DNA from: the human T2T-CHM13v2.0 reference genome, Homo sapiens
DNA length: 64,000 nucleotides
Direction: 5' to 3' (one strand)
Assembly (NCBI RefSeq): GCF_009914755.1
Contig: NC_060939.1
The position numbers and the translations under genes are program-made. This document shows positions 10,501-25,500 of this stretch, in pieces; the first letter of the stretch is position 1; every line of letters begins with the position of its first letter. The notes under the pieces were generated by a model, which was not told the origin of the DNA, did no database searches, and saw only the letters and a list, made by a program, of their open reading frames with translations.

Positions 10501-13500
10501 AAACATCACAAAGAAGATTCTGAGAATGCTTTTGTCTAGATTTTATATGAAGATATTCCCGTGTCCAACGAAATTTTCAAAGGTCTCCAAATATCCATTT
10601 GTAGATTCTACAAAAAGAGTGTTTCCAAACTGCTGTATCAAAACAAAGGTTGAACTCTGTGAGTTGAGGACACACATCACAAATAAGTTTCTGAGAATGC
10701 TTCTGTCTAGTTTTTATTTGAAGATGTTTCCTTTTTCACCATAGGCCTGAAAGCGCTCGAAATGTCCACTTCCAGATAGTACAGAAAGAGTGTTTCAAAC
10801 CTGCTCTATGAACGGGAATGTTCAGCTCTGTGAGTTGAATGCAAACATCACAAAGCAGGTTCTGAGAATGCTTCCGTCTAGATTTTAAATGAGGATATTC
10901 CCGTTTCCAACGAAATCCTCGAAGCTATCCAAATATCCACTTGCAGATTCCACAAAAAGAGTGTTTCAAAACTGCTCTGTCAAAAGATAGGTTCAACTCT
11001 GTTAGTTGAGTACACACATGGCAAACAAGATTGCGAGAATGCTTTCGTCTAGTTTTTTTGGGAAGATATTTCCTTCTTCACCATAGGCCTCAAAGCGCTC
11101 CAAATATCCATTTCCACATGCTATACAAAGAGTGTCTCAAACCTGCTGTATGAATGGGAATGTTCAACTCTATGAGTTGAATGCAAACATCACAAAGAAG
11201 TTTCTGAGAATGCTGCTGTCTAGATTTTATATGAAGGTTTTCCCGCTTCCAACGAAATTTTCAATGCTCTCAAAATATCCTCTTGTAGATTCTACAAAAA
11301 GAGTGTTTCCAAACTGCTGTATCAAAACAAAGGTTCATCTCTGTTAGTTGAGGACACACATCACAAATAAGTTTCTGAGAATGCTTCTGTCTAGTTCTTA
11401 TTTGAAGACATTTCCTTTCTCACCTTAGGCCTGAAAACGCTCGAAATATCCACTTCCAGATACGACAGAAACTGTGATTCAAACCTGCTCTATGAAAGGG
11501 AATGTTCAACTAGGTGACTTGAATGCAAACATCACAAAGCAGTTTCTGAGAATGCTGCTGTCTACTTTGTATTTGTAATCCCGTTTCCAACGAAATCCTC
11601 AGAACTATCGAAATTTCCAATTGCAGATTCCACAAAAAGCGTGTTTCAAAGCTGCTCTGTAAAAAGAAAGGTTCAACTCTGTTAGTTGAATACACACGTC
11701 ACAAACAAGTTTCTGAGATTGCTTCTGTCTAGTTTTTATGGGAAGATATTTCCTTTTTCACCGTAGGCCTCAAAGCGCTCCAAATGTCCACTTCCACATA
11801 CTACAAAAAGAGTGTTTCAAACCTGCTGTATGAAAGGGAATGTTCAACTCTATGAGTTGAATGCAAACATTACAAAGAAGTTTCTGAGAATGCTTCTGTC
11901 TAGATTTTATATGAAGGTTTTCCCGTTTCCAACGAAATTTTCAATGCTCTCAAAATATCCACTTGTAGATTCTACAAAAAGAGTGTTTCCAAACTGCTGT
12001 GTCAAAAGAAAGGTTCAACTCTGTTAGTTGAGGACACACATCACAAATAAGTTTCTGAGAATGCTTCTGTCTAGTTCTTATTTGAAGACATTTCCTTTCT
12101 CACCTTAGGCCTGAAAACGCTCGAAATATCCACTTCCAGATACGACAGAAACAGTGATTCAAACCTGCTCTATGAAAGGGAATGTTCAACTAGGTGACTT
12201 GAATGCAAACATCACAAAGCAGTTTCTGAGAATGCTGCTGTCTACTTTCTATTTGTAATCCCGTTTCCAACGAAATCCTCAGAACTATCGAAATTTCCAA
12301 TTGCAGATTCCACAAAAAGCGTGTTTCAAAGCTGCTCTGTAAAAAGAAAGGTTCAACTCTGTTAGTTGAATACACACGTCACAAACAAGTTTCTGAGAAT
12401 GCTTCTGTCTAGTTTTTATGGGAAGATATTTCCTTTTTCACCGTAGGCCTCAAAGCGCTCCAAATGTCCACTTCCACATACTACAAAAAGAGTGTTTCAA
12501 ACCTGCTCTATGATAGGGAATGTTGAAACCTATGAGTTGAATGCAAGCATTACAAAGAGGTTTCTGAGAATGCTTCTGTCTAGATTTTATATGTAGATAT
12601 TCCCGTTTCCAACGAAATCCTCAAAGCTATCCAAATATCAACTTGCAGATTCTACAAAAGGAATGTTTCCAAAATGCTGTATCCAAACAAAGGTTCAACT
12701 CTGTGAATTGAGGGCATACATCACAAAGAAGATTCTGAGAATGCTTCTGTCTAGATTTTATATGAAAATATTCCCGTTTCCAACGAAATCCTCAAAGCTA
12801 TCCAAATATCCACTTGCAAATGCCACAAAAAGAGTGTTTCCAAACTGCTCTGTGAAAAGGAAGGTTCAACTCTGTTAGTTGAGTACACACATCACAAAGA
12901 GGTTTCTGAGAATGCTGCTGACTAGTTTTTATTTGAAGATATTTCCCTTTTCACCTTAGGCCTAAGAGTGCTCGAAATGTCCATTTCCACATACTCCACA
13001 AAGTGTGTTTCAAACGTGCTGTATGAAAGGGAATGTTCAACTCTATGAGTTGAATGCAAACATCACAAAGAAGATTCTGAGAATGCTTTTGTCTAGATTT
13101 TATATGAAGATATTCCCGTGTCCAACGAAATTTTCAAAGGTCTCCAAATATCCATTTGTAGATTCTACAAAAAGAGTGTTTCCAAACTGCTGTATCAAAA
13201 CAAAGGTTGAACTCTGTGAGTTGAGGACACACATCACAAATAAGTTTCTGAGAATGCTTCTGTCTAGTTTTTATTTGAAGATGTTTCCTTTTTCACCATA
13301 GGCCTGAAAGCGCTCGAAATGTCCACTTCCAGATAGTACAGAAAGAGTGTTTCAAACCTGCTCTATGAACGGGAATGTTCAGCTCTGTGAGTTGAATGCA
13401 AACATCACAAAGCAGGTTCTGAGAATGCTTCCGTCTAGATTTCAAATGAGGATATTCCCGTTTCCAACGAAATCCTCGAAGCTATCCAAATATCCACTTG

Positions 13501-16500
13501 CAGATTCCACAAAAAGAGTGTTTCAAAACTGCTCTGTCAAAAGATAGGTTCAACTCTGTTAGTTGAGTACACACATGGCAAACAAGATTGCGAGAATGCT
13601 TTCGTCTAGTTTTTTTGGGAAGATATTTCCTTCTTCACCATAGGCCTCAAAGCGCTCCAAATATCCATTTCCACATGCTATACAAAGAGTGTCTCAAACC
13701 TGCTGTATGAATGGGAATGTTCAACTCTATGAGTTGAATGCAAACATCACAAAGAAGTTTCTGAGAATGCTGCTGTCTAGATTTTATATGAAGGTTTTCC
13801 CGCTTCCAACGAAATTTTCAATGCTCTCAAAATATCCTCTTGTAGATTCTACAAAAAGAGTGTTTCCAAACTGCTGTATCAAAACAAAGGTTCATCTCTG
13901 TTAGTTGAGGACACACATCACAAATAAGTTTCTGAGAATGCTTCTGTCTAGTTCTTATTTGAAGACATTTCCTTTCTCACCTTAGGCCTGAAAACGCTCG
14001 AAATATCCACTTCCAGATACGACAGAAACTGTGATTCAAACCTGCTCTATGAAAGGGAATGTTCAACTAGGTGACTTGAATGCAAACATCACAAAGCAGT
14101 TTCTGAGAATGCTGCTGTCTACTTTCTATTTGTAATCCCGTTTCCAACGAAATCCTCAGAACTATCGAAATTTCCAATTGCAGATTCCACAAAAAGCGTG
14201 TTTCAAAGCTGCTCTGTAAAAAGAAAGGTTCAACTCTGTTAGTTGAATACACACGTCACAAACAAGTTTCTGAGAATGCTTCTGTCTAGTTTTTATGGGA
14301 AGATATTTCCTTTTTCACCGTAGGCCTCAAAGCGCTCCAAATGTCCACTTCCACATACTACAAAAAGAGTGTTTCAAACCTGCTGTATGAAAGGGAATGT
14401 TCAACTCTATGAGTTGAATGCAAACATTACAAAGAAGTTTCTGAGAATGCTTCTGTCTAGATTTTATATGAAGGTTTTCCCGTTTCCAACGAAATTTTCA
14501 ATGCTCTCAAAATATCCACTTGTAGATTCTACAAAAAGAGTGTTTCCAAACTGCTGTGTCAAAAGAAAGGTTCAACTCTGTTAGTTGAGGACACACATCA
14601 CAAATAAGTTTCTGAGAATGCTTCTGTCTAGTTCTTATTTGAAGACATTTCCTTTCTCACCTTAGGCCTGAAAACGCTCGAAATATCCACTTCCAGATAC
14701 GACAGAAACAGTGATTCAAACCTGCTCTATGAAAGGGAATGTTCAACTAGGTGACTTGAATGCAAACATCACAAAGCAGTTTCTGAGAATGCTGCTGTCT
14801 ACTTTCTATTTGTAATCCCGTTTCCAACGAAATCCTCAGAACTATCGAAATTTCCAATTGCAGATTCCACAAAAAGCGTGTTTCAAAGCTGCTCTGTAAA
14901 AAGAAAGGTTCAACTCTGTTAGTTGAATACACACGTCACAAACAAGTTTCTGAGAATGCTTCTGTCTAGTTTTTATGGGAAGATATTTCCTTTTTCACCG
15001 TAGGCCTCAAAGCGCTCCAAATGTCCACTTCCACATACTACAAAAAGAGTGTTTCAAACCTGCTCTATGATAGGGAATGTTGAAACCTATGAGTTGAATG
15101 CAAGCATTACAAAGAGGTTTCTGAGAATGCTTCTGTCTAGATTTTATATGTAGATATTCCCGTTTCCAACGAAATCCTCAAAGCTATCCAAATATCAACT
15201 TGCAGATTCTACAAAAGGAATGTTTCCAAAATGCTGTATCCAAACAAAGGTTCAACTCTGTGAATTGAGGGCATACATCACAAAGAAGATTCTGAGAATG
15301 CTTCTGTCTAGATTTTATATGAAAATATTCCCGTTTCCAACGAAATCCTCAAAGCTATCCAAATATCCACTTGCAAATGCCACAAAAAGAGTGTTTCCAA
15401 ACTGCTCTGTGAAAAGGAAGGTTCAACTCTGTTAGTTGAGTACACACATCACAAAGAGGTTTCTGAGAATGCTGCTGACTAGTTTTTATTTGAAGATATT
15501 TCCCTTTTCACCTTAGGCCTAAGAGTGCTCGAAATGTCCATTTCCACATACTCCACAAAGTGTGTTTCAAACGTGCTGTATGAAAGGGAATGTTCAACTC
15601 TATGAGTTGAATGCAAACATCACAAAGAAGATTCTGAGAATGCTTTTGTCTAGATTTTATATGAAGATATTCCCGTGTCCAACGAAATTTTCAAAGGTCT
15701 CCAAATATCCATTTGTAGATTCTACAAAAAGAGTGTTTCCAAACTGCTGTATCAAAACAAAGGTTGAACTCTGTGAGTTGAGGACACACATCACAAATAA
15801 GTTTCTGAGAATGCTTCTGTCTAGTTTTTATTTGAAGATGTTTCCTTTTTCACCATAGGCCTGAAAGCGCTCGAAATGTCCACTTCCAGATAGTACAGAA
15901 AGAGTGTTTCAAACCTGCTCTATGAACGGGAATGTTCAGCTCTGTGAGTTGAATGCAAACATCAGAAAGCAGGTTCTGAGAATGCTTCCGTCTAGATTTT
16001 AAATGAGGATATTCCCGTTTCCAACGAAATCCTCGAAGCTATCCAAATATCCACTTGCAGATTCCACAAAAAGAGTGTTTCAAAACTGCTCTGTCAAAAG
16101 ATAGGTTCAACTCTGTTAGTTGAGTACACACATGGCAAACAAGATTGCGAGAATGCTTTCGTCTAGTTTTTTTGGGAAGATATTTCCTTCTTCACCATAG
16201 GCCTCAAAACGCTCCAAATATCCATTTCCACATGCTATACAAAGAGTGTCTCAAACCTGCTGTATGAATGGGAATGTTCAACTCTATGAGTTGAATGCAA
16301 ACATCACAAAGAAGTTTCTGAGAATGCTGCTGTCTAGATTTTATATGAAGGTTTTCCCGCTTCCAACGAAATTTTCAATGCTCTCAAAATATCCTCTTGT
16401 AGATTCTACAAAAAGAGTGTTTCCAAACTGCTGTATCAAAACAAAGGTTCATCTCTGTTAGTTGAGGACACACATCACAAATAAGTTTCTGAGAATGCTT

Positions 16501-19500
16501 CTGTCTAGTTCTTATTTGAAGACATTTCCTTTCTCACCTTAGGCCTGAAAGCGCTCGAAATACCCACTTCCAGATACTACAGAAACAGTGATTCAAACCT
16601 GCTCTATGAAAGGGAATGTTCAACTAGGTGACTTGAATGCAAACATCACAAAGCAGTTTCTGAGAATGCTGCTGTCTACTTTCTATTTGTAATCCCGTTT
16701 CCAACGAAATCCTCAGAACTATCGAAATTTCCAATTGCAGATTCCACAGAAACAGGGTTTCAAAGCTGCTCTGTAAAAAGAAAGGTTCAACTCTGTTAGT
16801 TGAATACACACGTCACAAACAAGTTTCTGAGAATGTTTCTGTCTAGTTTTTATGGGAAGATATTTCCTTTTTCACCGTAGGCCTCAAAGCGCTCCAAATG
16901 TCCACGTCCACATACTACAAAAAGAGTGTTTCAAACCTGCTGTATGAAAGGGAATGTTCAACTCTATGAGTTGAATGCAAACATTACAAAGAAGTTTCTG
17001 AGAATGCTTCTGTCTAGATTTTATATGAAGGTTTTCCCGTTTCCAACGAAATTTTCAATGCTCTGAAAATATCCACTTGTAGATTCTACAAAAAGAGTGT
17101 TTCCAAACTGCTGTGTCAAAAGAAAGGTTCAACTCTGTTAGTTGAGGACACACATCACAAATAAGTTTCTGAGAATGCTTCTGTCTAGTTCTTATTTGAA
17201 GACATTTCCTTTCTCACCTTAGGCCTGAAAACGCTCGAAATATCCACTTCCAGATACGACAGAAACAGTGATTCAAACCTGCTCTATGAAAGGGAATGTT
17301 CAACTAGGTGACTTGAATGCAAACATCACAAAGCAGTTTCTGAGAATGCTGCTGTCTACTTTCTATTTGTAATCCCTTTTCCAACGAAATCCTCAGAACT
17401 ATCGAAATTTCCAATTGCAGATTCCACAAAAAGCGTGTTTCAAAGCTGCTCTGTAAAAAGAAAGGTTCAACTCTGTTAGTTGAATACACACGTCACAAAC
17501 AAGTTTCTGAGAATGCTTCTGTCTAGTTTTTATGGGAAGATATTTCCTTTTTCACCGTAGGCCTCAAAGCGCTCCAAATGTCCACTTCCACATACTACAA
17601 AAAGAGTGTTTCAAACCTGCTCTATGATAGGGAATGTTGAAACCTATGAGTTGAATGCAAGCATTACAAAGAGGTTTCTGAGAATGCTTCTGTCTAGATT
17701 TTATATGTAGATATTCCCGTTTCCAACGAAATCCTCAAAGCTATCCAAATATCAACTTGCAGATTCTACAAAAGGAATGTTTCCAAAATGCTGTATCCAA
17801 ACAAAGGTTCAACTCTGTGAATTGAGGGCATACATCACAAAGAAGATTCTGAGAATGCTTCTGTCTAGATTTTATATGAAAATATTCCCGTTTCCAACGA
17901 AATCCTCAAAGCTATCCAAATATCCACTTGCAAATGCCACAAAAAGAGTGTTTCCAAACTGCTCTGTGAAAAGGAAGGTTCAACTCTGTTAGTTGAGTAC
18001 ACACATCACAAAGAGGTTTCTGAGAATGCTGCTGACTAGTTTTTATTTGAAGATATTTCCCTTTTCACCTTAGGCCTAAGAGTGCTCGAAATGTCCATTT
18101 CCACATACTCCACAAAGTGTGTTTCAAACGTGCTGTATGAAAGGGAATGTTCAACTCTATGAGTTGAATGCAAACATCACAAAGAAGATTCTGAGAATGC
18201 TTTTGTCTAGATTTTATATGAAGATATTCCCGTGTCCAACGAAATTTTCAAAGGTCTCCAAATATCCATTTGTAGATTCTACAAAAAGAGTGTTTCCAAA
18301 CTGCTGTATCAAAACAAAGGTTGAACTCTGTGAGTTGAGGACACACATCACAAATAAGTTTCTGAGAATGCTTCTGTCTAGTTTTTATTTGAAGATGTTT
18401 CCTTTTTCACCATAGGCCTGAAAGCGCTCGAAATGTCCACTTCCAGATAGTACAGAAAGAGTGTTTCAAACCTGCTCTATGAACGGGAATGTTCAGCTCT
18501 GTGAGTTGAATGCAAACATCACAAAGCAGGTTCTGAGAATGCTTCCGTCTAGATTTTAAATGAGGATATTCCCGTTTCCAACGAAATCCTCGAAGCTATC
18601 CAAATATCCACTTGCAGATTCCACAAAAAGAGTGTTTCAAAACTGCTCTGTCAAAAGATAGGTTCAACTCTGTTAGTTGAGTACACACATGGCAAACAAG
18701 ATTGCGAGAATGCTTTCGTCTAGTTTTTTTGGGAAGATATTTCCTTCTTCACCATAGGCCTCAAAGCGCTCCAAATATCCATTTCCACATGCTATACAAA
18801 GAGTGTCTCAAACCTGCTGTATGAATGGGAATGTTCAACTCTATGAGTTGAATGCAAACATCACAAAGAAGTTTCTGAGAATGCTGCTGTCTAGATTTTA
18901 TATGAAGGTTTTCCCGCTTCCAACGAAATTTTCAATGCTCTCAAAATATCCTCTTGTAGATTCTACAAAAAGAGTGTTTCCAAACTGCTGTATCAAAACA
19001 AAGGTTCATCTCTGTTAGTTGAGGACACACATCACAAATAAGTTTCTGAGAATGCTTCTGTCTAGTTCTTATTTGAAGACATTTCCTTTCTCACCTTAGG
19101 CCTGAAAGCGCTCGAAATACCCACTTCCAGATACTACAGAAACAGTGATTCAAACCTGCTCTATGAAAGGGAATGTTCAACTAGGTGACTTGAATGCAAA
19201 CATCACAAAGCAGTTTCTGAGAATGCTGCTGTCTACTTTCTATTTGTAATCCCGTTTCCAACGAAATCCTCAGAACTATCGAAATTTCCAATTGCAGATT
19301 CCACAGAAACAGGGTTTCAAAGCTGCTCTGTAAAAAGAAAGGTTCAACTCTGTTAGTTGAATACACACGTCACAAACAAGTTTCTGAGAATGCTTCTGTC
19401 TAGTTTTTATGGGAAGATATTTCCTTTTTCACCGTAGGCCTCAAAGCGCTCCAAATGTCCACTTCCACATACTACAAAAAGAGTGTTTCAAACCTGCTGT

Positions 19501-22500
19501 ATGAAAGGGAATGTTCAACTCTATGAGTTGAATGCAAACATTACAAAGAAGTTTCTGAGAATGCTTCTGTCTAGATTTTATATGAAGGTTTTCCCGTTTC
19601 CAACGAAATTTTCAATGCTCTGAAAATATCCACTTGTAGATTCTACAAAAAGAGTGTTTCCAAACTGCTGTGTCAAAAGAAAGGTTCAACTCTGTTAGTT
19701 GAGGACACACATCACAAATAAGTTTCTGAGAATGCTTCTGTCTAGTTCTTATTTGAAGACATTTCCTTTCTCACCTTAGGCCTGAAAACGCTCGAAATAT
19801 CCACTTCCAGATACGACAGAAACAGTGATTCAAACCTGCTCTATGAAAGGGAATGTTCAACTAGGTGACTTGAATGCAAACATCACAAAGCAGTTTCTGA
19901 GAATGCTGCTGTCTACTTTCTATTTGTAATCCCGTTTCCAACGAAATCCTCAGAACTATCGAAATTTCCAATTGCAGATTCCACAAAAAGCGTGTTTCAA
20001 AGCTGCTCTGTAAAAAGAAAGGTTCAACTCTGTTAGTTGAATACACACGTCACAAACAAGTTTCTGAGAATGCTTCTGTCTAGTTTTTATGGGAAGATAT
20101 TTCCTTTTTCACCGTAGGCCTCAAAGCGCTCCAAATGTCCACTTCCACATACTACAAAAAGAGTGTTTCAAACCTGCTCTATGATAGGGAATGTTGAAAC
20201 CTATGAGTTGAATGCAAGCATTACAAAGAGGTTTCTGAGAATGCTTCTGTCTAGATTTTATATGTAGATATTCCCGTTTCCAACGAAATCCTCAAAGCTA
20301 TCCAAATATCAACTTGCAGATTCTACAAAAGGAATGTTTCCAAAATGCTGTATCCAAACAAAGGTTCAACTCTGTGAATTGAGGGCATACATCACAAAGA
20401 AGATTCTGAGAATGCTTCTGTCTAGATTTTATATGAAAATATTCCCGTTTCCAACGAAATCCTCAAAGCTATCCAAATATCCACTTGCAAATGCCACAAA
20501 AAGAGTGTTTCCAAACTGCTCTGTGAAAAGGAAGGTTCAACTCTGTTAGTTGAGTACACACATCACAAAGAGGTTTCTGAGAATGCTGCTGACTAGTTTT
20601 TATTTGAAGATATTTCCCTTTTCACCTTAGGCCTAAGAGTGCTCGAAATGTCCATTTCCACATACTCCACAAAGTGTGTTTCAAACGTGCTGTATGAAAG
20701 GGAATGTTCAACTCTATGAGTTGAATGCAAACATCACAAAGAAGATTCTGAGAATGCTTTTGTCTAGATTTTATATGAAGATATTCCCGTGTCCAACGAA
20801 ATTTTCAAAGGTCTCCAAATATCCATTTGTAGATTCTACAAAAAGAGTGTTTCCAAACTGCTGTATCAAAACAAAGGTTGAACTCTGTGAGTTGAGGACA
20901 CACATCACAAATAAGTTTCTGAGAATGCTTCTGTCTAGTTTTTATTTGAAGATGTTTCCTTTTTCACCATAGGCCTGAAAGCGCTCGAAATGTCCACTTC
21001 CAGATAGTACAGAAAGAGTGTTTCAAACCTGCTCTATGAACGGGAATGTTCAGCTCTGTGAGTTGAATGCAAACATCACAAAGCAGGTTCTGAGAATGCT
21101 TCCGTCTAGATTTCAAATGAGGATATTCCCGTTTCCAACGAAATCCTCGAAGCTATCCAAATATCCACTTGCAGATTCCACAAAAAGAGTGTTTCAAAAC
21201 TGCTCTGTCAAAAGATAGGTTCAACTCTGTTAGTTGAGTACACACATGGCAAACAAGATTGCGAGAATGCTTTCGTCTAGTTTTTTTGGGAAGATATTTC
21301 CTTCTTCACCATAGGCCTCAAAGCGCTCCAAATATCCATTTCCACATGCTATACAAAGAGTGTCTCAAACCTGCTGTATGAATGGGAATGTTCAACTCTA
21401 TGAGTTGAATGCAAACATCACAAAGAAGTTTCTGAGAATGCTGCTGTCTAGATTTTATATGAAGGTTTTCCCGCTTCCAACGAAATTTTCAATGCTCTCA
21501 AAATATCCTCTTGTAGATTCTACAAAAAGAGTGTTTCCAAACTGCTGTATCAAAACAAAGGTTCATCTCTGTTAGTTGAGGACACACATCACAAATAAGT
21601 TTCTGAGAATGCTTCTGTCTAGTTCTTATTTGAAGACATTTCCTTTCTCACCTTAGGCCTGAAAACGCTCGAAATATCCACTTCCAGATACGACAGAAAC
21701 TGTGATTCAAACCTGCTCTATGAAAGGGAATGTTCAACTAGGTGACTTGAATGCAAACATCACAAAGCAGTTTCTGAGAATGCTGCTGTCTACTTTCTAT
21801 TTGTAATCCCGTTTCCAACGAAATCCTCAGAACTATCGAAATTTCCAATTGCAGATTCCACAAAAAGCGTGTTTCAAAGCTGCTCTGTAAAAAGAAAGGT
21901 TCAACTCTGTTAGTTGAATACACACGTCACAAACAAGTTTCTGAGAATGCTTCTGTCTAGTTTTTATGGGAAGATATTTCCTTTTTCACCGTAGGCCTCA
22001 AAGCGCTCCAAATGTCCACTTCCACATACTACAAAAAGAGTGTTTCAAACCTGCTGTATGAAAGGGAATGTTCAACTCTATGAGTTGAATGCAAACATTA
22101 CAAAGAAGTTTCTGAGAATGCTTCTGTCTAGATTTTATATGAAGGTTTTCCCGTTTCCAACGAAATTTTCAATGCTCTCAAAATATCCACTTGTAGATTC
22201 TACAAAAAGAGTGTTTCCAAACTGCTGTGTCAAAAGAAAGGTTCAACTCTGTTAGTTGAGGACACACATCACAAATAAGTTTCTGAGAATGCTTCTGTCT
22301 AGTTCTTATTTGAAGACATTTCCTTTCTCACCTTAGGCCTGAAAACGCTCGAAATATCCACTTCCAGATACGACAGAAACAGTGATTCAAACCTGCTCTA
22401 TGAAAGGGAATGTTCAACTAGGTGACTTGAATGCAAACATCACAAAGCAGTTTCTGAGAATGCTGCTGTCTACTTTCTATTTGTAATCCCGTTTCCAACG

Positions 22501-25500
22501 AAATCCTCAGAACTATCGAAATTTCCAATTGCAGATTCCACAAAAAGCGTGTTTCAAAGCTGCTCTGTAAAAAGAAAGGTTCAACTCTGTTAGTTGAATA
22601 CACACGTCACAAACAAGTTTCTGAGAATGCTTCTGTCTAGTTTTTATGGGAAGATATTTCCTTTTTCACCGTAGGCCTCAAAGCGCTCCAAATGTCCACT
22701 TCCACATACTACAAAAAGAGTGTTTCAAACCTGCTCTATGATAGGGAATGTTGAAACCTATGAGTTGAATGCAAGCATTACAAAGAGGTTTCTGAGAATG
22801 CTTCTGTCTAGATTTTATATGTAGATATTCCCGTTTCCAACGAAATCCTCAAAGCTATCCAAATATCAACTTGTAGATTCTACAAAAGGAATGTTTCCAA
22901 AATGCTGTATCCAAACAAAGGTTCAACTCTGTGAATTGAGGGCATACATCACAAAGAAGATTCTGAGAATGCTTCTGTCTAGATTTTATATGAAAATATT
23001 CCCGTTTCCAACGAAATCCTCAAAGCTATCCAAATATCCACTTGCAAATGCCACAAAAAGAGTGTTTCCAAACTGCTCTGTGAAAAGGAAGGTTCAACTC
23101 TGTTAGTTGAGTACACACATCACAAAGAGGTTTCTGAGAATGCTGCTGACTAGTTTTTATTTGAAGATATTTCCCTTTTCACCTTAGGCCTAAGAGTGCT
23201 CGAAATGTCCATTTCCACATACTCCACAAAGTGTGTTTCAAACGTGCTGTATGAAAGGGAATGTTCAACTCTATGAGTTGAATGCAAACATCACAAAGAA
23301 GATTCTGAGAATGCTTTTGTCTAGATTTTATATGAAGATATTCCCGTGTCCAACGAAATTTTCAAAGGTCTCCAAATATCCATTTGTAGATTCTACAAAA
23401 AGAGTGTTTCCAAACTGCTGTATCAAAACAAAGGTTGAACTCTGTGAGTTGAGGACACACATCACAAATAAGTTTCTGAGAATGCTTCTGTCTAGTTTTT
23501 ATTTGAAGATGTTTCCTTTTTCACCATAGGCCTGAAAGCGCTCGAAATGTCCACTTCCAGATAGTACAGAAAGAGTGTTTCAAACCTGCTCTATGAACGG
23601 GAATGTTCAGCTCTGTGAGTTGAATGCAAACATCACAAAGCAGGTTCTGAGAATGCTTCCGTCTAGATTTTAAATGAGGATATTCCCGTTTCCAACGAAA
23701 TCCTCGAAGCTATCCAAATATCCACTTGCAGATTCCACAAAAAGAGTGTTTCAAAACTGCTCTGTCAAAAGATAGGTTCAACTCTGTTAGTTGAGTACAC
23801 ACATGGCAAACAAGATTGCGAGAATGCTTTCGTCTAGTTTTTTTGGGAAGATATTTCCTTCTTCACCATAGGCCTCAAAGCGCTCCAAATATCCATTTCC
23901 ACATGCTATACAAAGAGTGTCTCAAACCTGCTGTATGAATGGGAATGTTCAACTCTATGAGTTGAATGCAAACATCACAAAGAAGTTTCTGAGAATGCTG
24001 CTGTCTAGATTTTATATGAAGGTTTTCCCGCTTCCAACGAAATTTTCAATGCTCTCAAAATATCCTCTTGTAGATTCTACAAAAAGAGTGTTTCCAAACT
24101 GCTGTATCAAAACAAAGGTTCATCTCTGTTAGTTGAGGACACACATCACAAATAAGTTTCTGAGAATGCTTCTGTCTAGTTCTTATTTGAAGACATTTCC
24201 TTTCTCACCTTAGGCCTGAAAACGCTCGAAATATCCACTTCCAGATACGACAGAAACAGTGATTCAAACCTGCTCTATGAAAGGGAATGTTCAACTAGGT
24301 GACTTGAATGCAAACATCACAAAGCAGTTTCTGAGAATGCTGCTGTCTACTTTCTATTTGTAATCCCGTTTCCAACGAAATCCTCAGAACTATCGAAATT
24401 TCCAATTGCAGATTCCACAGAAACAGGGTTTCAAAGCTGCTCTGTAAAAAGAAAGGTTCAACTCTGTTAGTTGAATACACACGTCACAAACAAGTTTCTG
24501 AGAATGTTTCTGTCTAGTTTTTATGGGAAGATATTTCCTTTTTCACCGTAGGCCTCAAAGCGCTCCAAATGTCCACGTCCACATACTACAAAAAGAGTGT
24601 TTCAAACCTGCTGTATGAAAGGGAATGTTCAACTCTATGAGTTGAATGCAAACATTACAAAGAAGTTTCTGAGAATGCTTCTGTCTAGATTTTATATGAA
24701 GGTTTTCCCGTTTCCAACGAAATTTTCAATGCTCTGAAAATATCCACTTGTAGATTCTACAAAAAGAGTGTTTCCAAACTGCTGTGTCAAAAGAAAGGTT
24801 CAACTCTGTTAGTTGAGGACACACATCACAAATAAGTTTCTGAGAATGCTTCTGTCTAGTTCTTATTTGAAGACATTTCCTTTCTCACCTTAGGCCTGAA
24901 AACGCTCGAAATATCCACTTCCAGATACGACAGAAACAGTGATTCAAACCTGCTCTATGAAAGGGAATGTTCAACTAGGTGACTTGAATGCAAACATCAC
25001 AAAGCAGTTTCTGAGAATGCTGCTGTCTACTTTCTATTTGTAATCCCTTTTCCAACGAAATCCTCAGAACTATCGAAATTTCCAATTGCAGATTCCACAA
25101 AAAGCGTGTTTCAAAGCTGCTCTGTAAAAAGAAAGGTTCAACTCTGTTAGTTGAATACACACGTCACAAACAAGTTTCTGAGAATGCTTCTGTCTAGTTT
25201 TTATGGGAAGATATTTCCTTTTTCACCGTAGGCCTCAAAGCGCTCCAAATGTCCACTTCCACATACTACAAAAAGAGTGTTTCAAACCTGCTCTATGATA
25301 GGGAATGTTGAAACCTATGAGTTGAATGCAAGCATTACAAAGAGGTTTCTGAGAATGCTTCTGTCTAGATTTTATATGTAGATATTCCCGTTTCCAACGA
25401 AATCCTCAAAGCTATCCAAATATCAACTTGCAGATTCTGCAAAAGGAATGTTTCCAAAATGCTGTATCCAAACAAAGGTTCAACTCTGTGAATTGAGGGC

